A DNA stretch of 63,745 nucleotides, counting the filler, from Folioceros fuciformis (lineage: Eukaryota), in the NCBI GenBank assembly GCA_049999805.1. It is 5 parts of 4 records of this genome, joined end to end, with 100 filler letters (N's around TTAATTAATTAA, not from the genome) between each part and the next. Parts side by side here need not be neighbours in the genome. Positions count along the whole stretch, not along the records: positions 26,845 to 52,919 come from JBNGIO010006187.1; 4 more parts are not named here. The stretch is one strand, 5' to 3'. Positions 33,801-44,713 of the stretch are shown piece by piece (the first letter of the stretch is position 1; each line of letters opens with the position of its first letter). Position numbers and translations under genes: made by a program. The notes beneath the pieces were generated by a model that was given only the letters and a program-made list of their open reading frames with translations, did not search any database and was not told where the DNA came from.

Positions 33801-36800
33801 CCACAGTTGTTGGTGCAGAGATTTTTAAGCTGAAGCGTAAGTCAAAAGATAAGTTGAAGCTGAAGAAGACCAAGTTCAAATCTCTGCGACATGATGGGTT
33901 TCCCAGACACAGGACAGAAGCCAATTTGAAGCCTACTGTATCCGATGAGTTTGTGAGCCCAAGCGCTGAAGATGCTAGAGCAGACATGTCACTGGTCCCA
34001 GCTCGCAGTCCATCTCAAAGGAAGCGAAAGGCTCCCAAACTACTGGAAGAAGAACTTCTTGTGGAAATGGAGCAAAGAAAGTTATGGAAGGAAAGTGCAA
34101 TTAGAGACCGTGGTGCTGGAAAAACGAAGTCCAAGAAAGGGCCAAGCAGATTAAGCAATGAGAGGGCCCTAGAGTTTGGAGATGAAGAATGGCCAGGATC
34201 GATTCGTCCTGAATCGATTGTAATGCCATCCCCAGCGAATGCCTCGACAAAAACGCCTTTGAAATCTAAACTGAGTGGCATGAATCTGAAAAAGGGACCA
34301 CTCGTTATGTTAGAGAGGGAAAAGAAAAAGGATGCCACAAAGTCTTTGGATCAGGTCCCTCAGGCTGATCCCTGGGTGCCTGCTGAAGATGCTGTGTTGT
34401 GTGCAGTTCTCCATGAATATGGAGGCAATTGGCAGCTGGCCAGTGATGCGTTGGCTGGGCTTCCTGATGGTGGTGTGTATAGGGGTCGATATCGGCACCC
34501 TATCCACTGTCGGGAAAGATTCAGACAGCTCCTTGCACAAAATGCTTCCGCAGCAAATGGTGATCCTACAGCTTCCAAAATTGCTGCTGCAAATGCTCCG
34601 TTGAAGGTCACAGAGGTGAAACACCTGGGTCTCTGCTATGGTTGCTGTGCTATCCTGTGTCTGGATTAGATCTCTTTTGGTGGATGGTTTTACTAATGTA
34701 TACTTCATTTGCTTCATTTGCTGCAGGAGCACACCAAGAGGCTGTTGGAAGTTGTACAGCAGCTTCCAGATGACGAGTTTTTGTTGCAGCGCCACTTCAG
34801 TGCCGTGCTAGAGGTCGTTCAGAAGTCATCCACACGCTTAGAAGCACTGGGAGGAAGCAGTGGGATCATTTCCCCTCATTCTGGAACATTTATATCGTTG
34901 AAGAGCTTGAAGTGGCTGCCTTCAGCCCTTTCTGGCCTCAGCGACGCAGAACTACTTATAAAAAACAGTGGTCTCTCTCAAGCTTCCCACCTGTCGGTGT
35001 CAGCATTGATTGAGCAGGCATCAGAGGTTAGAAGTGGTGGTATTGACCAAGCTCTGGATGTAAAGACAAACAGCTCTCAACTAGATTACTTCACTCAAGA
35101 GCCCATGGCAGATGATGAGATGACGTTCATTGCTAGCCTCTTAGTTGGCCCTAAGGCTGCTGCCAAGGGTTCTGTATCTCCATCAGGATCAGGTCACGTT
35201 CAAAGTACAGGGCAGCGGGTTTCTATCGAGAAGTTGTTTGATCTGAGAACCATGCCAGATGAATCAAGCTTTTCGAATGGACTGAGACCTTTGCTGACAG
35301 ACATTGTCGACCAGCGGTTCAGGTATTACTTAGCACTTGTGAATCGTAGGGAATGTTTCATGTGGCCCTGGTCCCTTCAAGGATTCTATCTGCAGTTTAA
35401 TTTAGGCCTGCCTACCGATGCTAAGACTACTTGCTTTGGCATAAGAGCTCATGGGGTGTCCTGTGGTTGCAGGAATGCCATGAAGATATTTGGTGACGGA
35501 GACGCTCTGAAGTGGGTCTCTGCTGCAGGGACCGTGACAGGTGTTGCTGGCGCAGAACTCCCGACAAGAAGAATGGCGGGTAAGAAGCGTCCATCTCGGG
35601 ATGCCAGTAAGCCCCCAAAACCAAAACAGGCACGGGTGCAGGGCGAGCCAAAAAAGGGATCCAACAAGACGCTTTGGCAACCTGATATTGTTGAGAGTGG
35701 GTCGATGCCCTGCCAAGCATCAGGAGGCTTTGAAAAAACGCAGCAGCTAGCGGCAGAGGCGGCTGAACCAGAACAGGTAGTTCCTTGCCCTCTACCTGTG
35801 CCGGGGGTCCAAGATGTTCAGGACAAGCATCAGGTTGGGTGATCCACATATTTCAAAAGTCCCAGGAAGTGGCCTGTCTAGAACTTTTCTCGGGATGGTG
35901 GTGATAATCTTAAATTTTACTTGGGCCATTCTATTATTATCTTGGGTCCTGTAGCTAGTGCAAGGAGGGTTGCTGCAGGGTGGATGTTGTAACGTAAGTC
36001 AGCTGCTAAGAGTGACTGCCAAAAGCTTAAACTGGGATTTTGTGGGTGCGGTGCCAAATGATCTAATAAGTTCTTTTTGGAGTGGTGTTGAAAAGGGTAA
36101 GCTTGGTTTGCATTAGCAAAGGCAAATTCTAGATGCAACATGGTGTTCGTCTTGCCTGATGTAATTTGTTTGGTTGTAAAGGGAAGCACACAACGACTTC
36201 GAGCAACTGAACTTGCTGGCGATGGTGGTGATGTCCTCAGCAGTAGGTCAAACTCATCAGCAATTCGAAAGGCCAATGACTACAGTGGGCGTTTTGGTGG
36301 ATCTCCTGGAAGGGGGAATGCATGTTTGCCTGGAGATGAAATCGCAGCTGGGCCTCGGAGTAGCATACAAGTGAAGGTATTGGAGGGTATGTCTCCTCTT
36401 CACATTGGAGTGAGGACTCAAGGAGTCCCTGGGCGAAGCAGTACGGTGCCCACCGGAGGTGAACCGAAGATGGCGGGTCTTCATTCCAGGTCAAGCATTT
36501 CAAGACTACTCGCAAATTCCAGAGGCTTGGTTGTGTTGCCTCCATCCTTGGAAGCCAAGGTGACCTCCCCAAGGTGGTCTCAGATCCCATCGAGTAGGGA
36601 AGAACATGCAACGACAGGAGCTTCTAGGCTGCTCCCGACTAATTTGTGGGCTAGCAGTGATCCAGATAGTAGGTTAGACAATTCTCGAAGATGTGTAGGG
36701 AGACAAACTAGAAGACCACCAGAGCATGGCAATGCTCCAGAAGCACCTGAAGGCAGTTTCCAGAGGCACTGCCAAGATGGTGAGCATATTCGCTATCAGG

Positions 36801-37471
36801 TACAAGCAGAACAAGGTCAGTGTAAACCGGCATCCAATACTGGCCAGGTTCAGCCTGAAGTTTTTCTGGGTAACTATTATTCGAGATCTTCCAGGTCTCA
36901 CCCTCAGGCTGCTGAAAATCCTGTCTGGACGGGTGTTGGGGATCACGCTGTGAGGGAGTCAACTGCGTGGGTGGAGGATCGACCTGCAACTCATCCTAGG
37001 AATGACTTGTTCTCAGCGAGTAGTCCTGTCGTGTGTGAGCATTCGAGAGGATTGCTCGTAGAGTATCAACTATCAGCACTGGAGGCAGCAAGAAGGCTTC
37101 AAGGGTTAGAGGCCTCCGTTGGGTTCCCAGGTCGAGGTTTTTGTGGCCTGTCCTCAGATTTCCCTGGGTTTGGTTCAAATTCTCAGTCGGTGAAGGGTTT
37201 AGGTCATGTTTTGCCCTCGAGTTCTTTCTCGGAGCCGTATGTCAGTATTCCCTCTCCGTCTTATCCCAGTTCAAGCAACTTGAGGGGTTCTGCTCATCAA
37301 TCAACATATCAGCTTTCAACTCATCAGCTTTCCCGCCCTAGCTTTCCTGTCAAAGTCAGGTCCCAATGGGACGTCTCTCCCGGCCGAGCACGTTCCGTAG
37401 CTTCTGACGCCCCTCTTAGCAGTAGCTTTCAGCAGGACTCTGCGGGGACTTCAAATTCTCCGTCCTTGTGA
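27815..37471 (+). CDS. PIE1: PIE1 / SWR1-type SNF2 chromatin-remodelling ATPase, about 12 exons
   Basis: HSA domain [25 protein letters not shown]; SNF2 motifs NGILADEMGLGKT, LILDEAH, LLTGTP; helicase C QAQDRCHRIGQ; SANT-like WVPAEDAVLCAVLHEYGGNWQL. Exons: 27815-28486, 28657-28758, 28953-29060, 29145-29225, 29325-29413, 29599-33326, 33441-33505, 33620-33675, 33781-34615, 34727-35322, 35473-35833, 36182-37471. The start and last exon are less certain. Confidence 0.93.
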
Positions 37472-37762
37472 CTGTAACCTTTGACTGGAATCTGCTCTCT
37501 CGTAGGTTGATGGTGTCGAGGAAGCCTATTTTTTCCCCTGTTCAGGGTGATCTCCTCTGTATTTTGGTAACGTTTCATTTTTTATAAAGATGGGTGGGTT
37601 GTTCAGTGAGGGTTTGGGGGACTTTACCCTCGGAAATCCGTCCAGCTAGTGAATCTGAGAAGTCTCCGTGGCAACAGGAAAAGGAAGCCAGTAGAGCAAT
37701 TTAAGGACACGAATAGTAGATTGTCTCTGAGACACCAGCGGGTTGGAGATTTCCTTGAAGAC

Positions 37763-39012
37763 ATGGAGGCTCTGAGCTCGAGGTGTTGCGTTACCTCCAC
37801 CTTTCGGAATTCTCGGTTGTCTGAGGCTTCGGTGATTCCGGTGATTGCTATTCCAATGCCGTGCTGCAGTGACCCAGATCGTGAGGAGCCTTCCTGTGGT
37901 GACACACTCCTTCCTATCTCTGTGTAGACTGGCCAAAAGAGCTCCAACCATCTAGTCCACGCTGTAGCCAGGACGATTGATGCTGAATCGTGCAATGGGG
38001 TAAGCAAGAACCGAGGGCCCCCTGACTCCGAGGGATCGAACAAGCGGAGGCAGCGAGTCAGGGAAGGCTTGAGCAGCATTGCTGCCGGCGCGTTACTGGG
38101 AATCGCGGTCAGCACCTTCGCTGTCTCTGCACCGACCGCCCTTGCCAATTTCCTGGTAAGCAATACCACACCTAAGCGCCAGCTTCCTTCTGTATCAGGC
38201 ACGTCATTTGACTGCTTGCGTATCGGAATTGCGATGACAGAGCTACGACCATGCTGAAATGCGAGGTGCCGACCTGTCGCAGCAGGACTTACGGGGAGCC
38301 GTTTTTGCAGGTACAAGCCAGTTCCATAACCCAATCTTTCGCCTTCTCGTTTCTTGCTACCGCGCAGACAAACCACTTGTAGGGTCTCGTTTGCAGCATG
38401 TGACTGTAGACAAATAAACCTGGAAGGCTCCAACCTGGATAACACCACGGACACTTTCGCTGGCTTTCAAGGGGCAAACCTCAAGGATACTAGCTGGTAG
38501 CACATTCTTCTCTTAGCCTCGTCCTCCCACTTAATAGTTGTGTACTGGGCACTCCATTTCCTCTCTGCTCCAGATGTTGCTCTCATTTGTTTCCTGCGGT
38601 GATCAGGGTTAGGGCTTTGGCGGATAGGGTTGTCTTTCGCAGTTCCAACCTGCAAAATGGTATGCGGGTGCTCATAACACTTGTCGAAAATCCTCACACG
38701 TTGTTGCTCCATTACTCCACGGGCCTAATTCATCCTGGCTTGTGTCGGGTCCTGCAGCGAACTTCACCAACGCTATTCTGAGTGGGTCGCAATTTGAAGG
38801 TACTGCAGTTAGTGCCAGGTAGAGGCAGAGAGCCGTAGCGCCCGAATCCATCTCTCCCTCAAAGTGGCTTCCATTTTGCAGATGCAGACATCACAGGGGC
38901 TGATTTCACAGAAGCTATCCTGGACAAGTCTCAGAGGCTGAAGATGTGCAAGAAAGCCACAGGCGTGAATCCAGTCACGGGAGTGGAAACCCGCGAAAGC
39001 CTATTTTGTTGA
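37763..39012 (+). CDS. Thylakoid-lumen pentapeptide-repeat protein, 7 exons
   Basis: The spliced product has a bipartite transit peptide ending PTALA, A-D/N-L/F-x-x repeats ([51 protein letters not shown]) and the typical C-terminus [21 protein letters not shown]. Confidence 0.9.
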
Positions 39013-39152
39013 TTGTATTTTATGTCCTGCTAATTCCCAGTGGACTCCAAATCCCGGTCCAATCACACTTTTTGAAAATGGGAACACGTTTCGATTTCGA
39101 GTTACATGGTCGACACTCTGAACTTTGCAGTACTCCACCTTGCACAGCTGCC

Positions 39153-40663
39153 ATGACACCTACACTGCAAAACATTTGCGTGCACTGCGCTACTCCCGCG
39201 CCATCCGCTTTCGTACTCTACTCTCCCGGCAACATCCGACTCTGTGTTTGCGTAAGTGTCATCTCCATACCAGGAATGTACGTGCTTAACTTCCAATTCG
39301 AGGATCTGTAGATGCCTCAAATTCCGGATTTCATGCTTTACTGGTGACAGAAACAATGCGGGCGGACGGTGGACGAGTATGTTGAGTACGAATTTTTGGT
39401 GAGTGTTGCTTGAATGCTACATTCGTTCCTTGGTTTCCAGAGCTTTGCCCTTCCTACTTTTGTGGCCCCTGAAGCTTCAGAGAGGGTTAGGGTAGACTGG
39501 ATTTGAGTTTTTGCTTCCTTGCACCCCAGATAGTCGTCATCAATTTGATATTGCTGAAACCCGAGGCATATCGGCATGTGTTGTTCAATGGCTGCGCCAC
39601 GTGGAATACGAGCCTTCATGGGGTACTGCGTCTTAAGCGGACATGTTTACGCGACACGACCGAGTCGAACCCTTGAGTTTCTCAAAATTCCGGGGTGTTG
39701 TGCAGGGTTTACTGTGGAATGCGAGCCTGCTTCTTCTAGTAGACTTTGTATGTATCCTTTTATGTGTCACCGATGCATGACAAACATGCTTCTCCTTCGT
39801 AGAGAGTTTGTTGAACGCTTGACACGGAGATTTAAGCTTGGCAATGTTCAACGACGGGACATGTGCTCCGATGGGATAGTCGACCAGCCCTTTTCACAAG
39901 CTTAAGACAGGTATGGTTCGTCCGATGTATCCTTTGGCCCTGGCAGAAAGGGCTTTCTATGTCAAGACCGCTTGTTCTAGCCGTTGAAGTTCGAAAAGGA
40001 GGTGAGGAATTTAAACCCAGCGAGGGAAGAGTCTGGATGCTGAGTCCCTAAAAAATGGCAGATGGTCTTGCAAGTGTGCATTCCAAGTCTGCAATTTATG
40101 TGGACTGTGGCTCTCGGTGCGGAGGTAGTTTCAAGAAGGACTTCGTCATACGTGAGGTTAGTCAGGCTGTGGATTCTTGAACCAAATGTGGGATTCGCAT
40201 CCGGCACTCTCCAGGCTTTCTTGTTCTGACAGTTTGTCCCTCAGAGCAGACTTTCAGATCTTCCACGTGCACTTCTTATATCCAGCTCCTTCAAGATCTT
40301 CCTAGTTGCCATGCTGGTAAGACTATCTAATGCATTTGCCTAGATGGAGTTTGAACCGCGCAGTGGTTTGGAGCTCATGATGTTCCGCACCATCGTCAGG
40401 TGTGGGAGTTTCCGGCAAAGACGAGGCTGATAATCGACATTCTGACTTTGGCAGCAAACACTGTTGCCTTGAAAGGTATAATTTCCTTGCTTCGAGAGAT
40501 TGTGCAGAAGCGTGGCATCCACAATGAATTCCGGTCGGGCATTTTACAATACGATTGCCTGGCAGTGCTGCTGAAGACAAGTACCTGCCTCGCGATGACA
40601 GTGGTGGCCTCTGGCGCGCTTGGAAGAACGTTGGTGAGCTCTGGCGCGGCAATCCTCGTGTAG
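39153..40663 (+). CDS. ARV1: ARV1 family ER lipid/sterol homeostasis protein, 9 exons
   Basis: CVHC...YSPGNIRLCVCKQC...DEYVEYE, INLILLKPEAYRHVLFN, ISSSFKIFLVAMLVWEFP, NTVALKV. An upstream in-frame ATG at 39078 is an alternative start. Confidence 0.92.
39752..39836 (+). other. Probable U12-type (minor spliceosome) GT-AG intron in ARV1
   Basis: 5' site GTATCCTTTT; branch-like CTTGAC at 39818-39823, with the A 14 nt before the AG. Splicing restores an open frame to the next donor after 39910. Confidence 0.7.
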
Positions 40664-41533
40664 CGCGCACGGCTGCGTTAAACTCCAAGTAACGGACGGG
40701 TGTCGTTGCCGGGAATCAGGTTGAAGCGGCAGTCAAATTTGGCTACATTGTCTAGAATCATAGCGCATTGAACCTGGCCCCCGGACCCTCTTCTCGGGAC
40801 GGCTGATGACGAGACAGTTTGGCAAAGCTGTTGGTTATGGAGTATCCACTCGAGGAATGAGATTTATGTACACCGTTTCGTTTTATGACAAAGCTTTGCA
40901 CATAGATCCCAAAGCAGCTTGGGTTGCACCTTTCCATTGGCTAGGTATCCATTTGCCAGAGCTTGTGTGTATCCAGGTGAGGTGCAGAAATTATTGTGTG
41001 TCAGATCTTGACCTTGTCTTAGGTGACAGGAAACCTGGGTCAGAAGCCGACAGCAGGCAGGCAACTAGTTCTCTGGCTAGTAACGAAACAGCCTGGCTCT
41101 AGGAAACCGGCACCCAGCTTAGGCATTGGGCGAAGTCCGACGCTGGCTCAGGACTCAAGGGCGAAGTCAAGAGCTCCTCCTTCAGTCATTTCCGGATACA
41201 AAGCAACATGCACGCGGGGTCCTGGCAAGTCTGTCAGAAGACGATCTCTTCCTTCGGACCAATAAAAGAAAGCGAGAAGGAATACAACCACACGTTACCC
41301 GCAAAATCTGAAGGGATTCGGTTATAAAAAGCAGAAGGCAAGCGCCAATGAGGCGGCTTCCACATTGCCACACATGGCTGGTTGGACGGGACCTGGAGCC
41401 TGCACTGTCCCGAGTACCTCTCTCCCAGAGTCGCCCCCAGCAGTCAGGGACTTGGGATTCACGGAAGGGCAGCAGACTCCGCCACGATTCCCGTGTGTAG
41501 ACTAGCTGAGACGAAAAGAAAGCGCGACGCACG

Positions 41534-42433
41534 TTATTTTTTGGCATCCCCTTTCTTATCGTCTCCTTTCTTTTCGTCCTTCTTCTCCTCCTTCTTGTCG
41601 TCCTTCTTCTCCTCCTTCTTGTCGTCCTTCTTCTCCTCCTTCTTCGGTGGTGGCGGATCGGGTATCAACTCAGCACTCTTCTTAACCCTCTTGATGAGAT
41701 TGAGAACGTCGTCGGGCTTCAAAATTGCTCCAACCACGGTGACCTTGTGCCCGGATTTGTCAATGGTAATGCTCTCAATTCCTGCGAGGATTTTCAAGGC
41801 TGTGTGAACTCTGTAACAAGATAGAGAAATGTGACCCGGAGGCGATCACAGGAAAAAAGCACCGTGCTAAACTCGATCGGATGGGATCGGAGTATAGGGG
41901 GTAGGATGCCTACCAGGAGTCGTAGAAAGAGTTTTGCTGAGATCCTTGAAACATTTCTGACAGCAGATTCGCACTTTGACGTTGATTGGCTGCATCGCAT
42001 GGCATCGCACAAGTTGAGCTTCCGAGAGGGGCAAAAAACAGAGTGAAGGCCAGGGCGGAAACATGAAATTTTGAGAGCAATTCACCTTAGGTTTGGGTGG
42101 ATCGGCCTTCTTCTCCTCCTTCTTTTCCTCCTTCTTCTCTTCCTTCTTCTCCTCCTTCTTCTCCTCCTTCTTCTCCTCCTTCTTCTCCTCCTTCTTCTCT
42201 TCCTTCTTCTCCTCCTTCTTCTCCTCTTTCTTCTCCTCCTTCTTTTGAGGGGGAGGAGGAGGGGGTACACACTGATTACCACAGTTGTTAAAGGGGCCGT
42301 AGTATCGATCCCAGTTCCTCACAAAGAAATCCTGCAATTGGCACCAAATGCGCATTGTCAACCCTACCGACACCGCTAGCGAGCGCAGAAAATTGTAGGC
42401 CAGAGAGCAGCACACCTCACTGTACCCAACCAT
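41534..42433 (-). CDS. Heavy-metal-associated (HMA) domain plant protein with KKEE/KKDD repeats, no CaaX box, 4 exons
   Basis: Exons 42433-42416 (a shorter first exon is possible), 42331-42086, 41989-41914, 41781-41534. HMA sequence INVKVRICCQKC...GIESITID...KVTVVG...VLNLIKRVKKSAEL. Confidence 0.88.
42108..42246 (-). repeat. 12-bp coding tandem repeat (KKEE), about 11 copies
   Basis: AAGAAGGAGGAG-type units. A related KKEE/KKDD array lies at about 41540-41645. Confidence 0.95.
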
Positions 42434-43416
42434 GCTGGCTGGAGCTGTAAAGCCTTGGCTCGAGCCGGCGGCGGCGGCGGCGGCGGATCTGATTCAACAA
42501 CTGATGCGGAAGCAACGAGAAGAGAGGAGGCAGGCAAGTCCGCGTTCACAAAGCCATAGCGCCGATGCCTGTCCACGGACGCTTAGAGGCGGCGCACCAT
42601 CTGAAAAAAGAGGTGGTCGTGCTCGCCGTCGAAATCAGAGATCCCGTAGACAATGCGGGGCAGGGGAACGTTCTGGAAAGCTGGTGTTGCGAAAGGCTCG
42701 AGGCTCCAGGTGAGAGGAACCAGCTCGAGGTACCTAACTAGCAAGAGGATGGGCACTCAGCTGTAGACCACTACGACAACTGTAGCTGCATTGCAGCGGC
42801 CAGGGAGGGGAGGAGGGAGAGTAGTAAGGTGGTGTGAAGTTTCCGCAAATCTGCGCCGGAAGCAAAGACTGACTGAAGGGTTTCACGACCGGCCCCACCT
42901 GCGTCCGCCATCTCCCAAACTCAGCAGCGCTACGCCGTTGGTAGTGCATCGCAGCTCACCCCATGTCTCGTCTCGTCTCGTCCCTTCCAGCCTAGGAAGC
43001 TCATGAGCCCGCGCCGACACCGACCGATACACCAACATCACCTGCTGCGACGGGGACCGGTCACCGACAGTCAGTGCCTTCAACAACTGACCATGGTATG
43101 CTGCATACCTGGACATCGAAATGCAGCTCTATTATACATTCATACTGGGAGGATGTTGATGTTGATATACGCATTGCCCCGCCACGTCGGCTGGGGTTGG
43201 TTCACGTCTTTGGTGTGCACAGTATAGGTACAGTATTTTGGAAGACGGTTACCGCGCTAGCCGCACACACTGTTTTGTCACACTAGCCACCAGCAAAATA
43301 AAAACACACGATGTTTTTGCTCCTTTATATGCACCAGCTCAATTTCCTTCCCTTCTCACTCTTCCCTTTGTTCCTCTCCCCTTTGCTTGTACCAAATGTA
43401 GCCACCGCCGTAGACA

Positions 43417-44293
43417 ATGGCCACTGAGGTGGTGGTGCTGTCACCGGAGGCAAGCTCTCCACCTCGCCCGGCGCCTCACTCTAGTCCTACACAGGGTGTG
43501 CAACAAGGCCACAACCACAACGTGGAGGATAAAGTGCATCAAGGTCTTCACCAGGACGGGGTTGAGACCGCGGTGGATGGAACAATTCATGGACAAAAAC
43601 AACGAAAACCGCGGCTCAAACCAGATCATCCCTCCTATGCTTGCATGATTCGCGAGGCAATTCTGGGACTCAAGCAAAAGGCAGGCAGTAGCCAACATGC
43701 AATCACCAAGAACGTCGGTGATGTGTACAAGGGCAAACTGTCCAAAACTTTTAGCAAACACCTAGCACAGCAACTCAAGCGAATGGTTTCTGCCAACAAG
43801 ATCACCAAGAACAAAGGGAAATTTAGGTTGACGCTGAGTTATCGGAAATACAATCTTAGCAAAGAAGAGAAGATGAAAGAGGATCAAGCAGCTGCCGCTG
43901 CTCGAGCTCATGTTATCAGGAGACAACCAGTGGTCACCAACAGCAAGAAACGGAAGAGAAGCTATACCAAGGTTGTGACGAGAAGAGTTCGCAAGAAGAA
44001 GCTAACGAGGAGGTGGAGAAAGGGCAGGGGTCACAAGAAAAAAANNNNNNNNNNNNNNNNNNNNNNNNNNNNNNNNNNNNNNNNNNNNNNNNNNNNNNNN
44101 NNNNNNNNNNNNNNNNNNNNNNNNNNNNNNNNNNNNNNNNNNNNGATCTAGGAAGCGGAGAAGGATAGTGTATCGCAGAAAAGTTGCACCTAAGAAGAGG
44201 AAAACTAGGGCAAACAGCAAGAAACGTGTTGAGCGTTGGAAACAAAGTTCAGCCAAAAGACGAAAAGTCACCAGAACTCGAATCCCAGAAAAG
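43417..44293 (+). CDS. Linker histone H1-like protein (GH1 domain) with an Arg-rich protamine-like tail; first exon spans an assembly gap
   Basis: HPSYACMIREAILGLKQKAGSSQHAITK...LAQQLKRMVSANKITKNKGKFRL is a GH1 winged-helix signature. It is followed by KKRKRSYTKVVTRRVRKKKLTRRWRK and, after the gap, SRKRRRIVYRRKV...KRRKVTRTRIPEK then GT. Confidence 0.85.
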
Positions 44294-44713
44294 GTTATAT
44301 TTTATATTTTATATTTTATATAGGTTTTTTTAATTTAAATACCTAGAAACATATATATCCTTTCATATCTTGTTGTGAATGTCTACATATCATCTTATAT
44401 AGTCACTAGTATATATATATATATATATAAAATCAAGAATGGAGTTGTTGAACAATCAAGGTGATTCAGGTAACCCCTTTTCTCATGTATTACAAGTCAA
44501 GATGAAAGTGAGAGAGATTCAATATCATTCTTTTCGGAGTAGAGAGTTGCAATTTTGGAAGGAATTTCAAGAGTAGATTTATAACTAGATAGATATCATA
44601 GTCTTGGGATTCAATAATATCTTCAATTACAATAATTTATTCTTTCATCTTTAAAAAATATATTCTTTAATTATATTTCCTTATATATGTTATATACTAG
44701 GATTGTGTGAGGA

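Noticed and set aside
37624-38454. 276-aa minus-strand ORF overlapping the pentapeptide gene
   Set aside because: It has no recognisable motif, and the plus strand is fully explained by a spliced gene. Treated as a shadow ORF.
42071-42379. Poly-Leu, poly-Arg and SSPP/GGEE ORFs
   Set aside because: These are alternative-frame readings of the KKEE 12-bp repeat. The poly-Arg frame is not a protamine.
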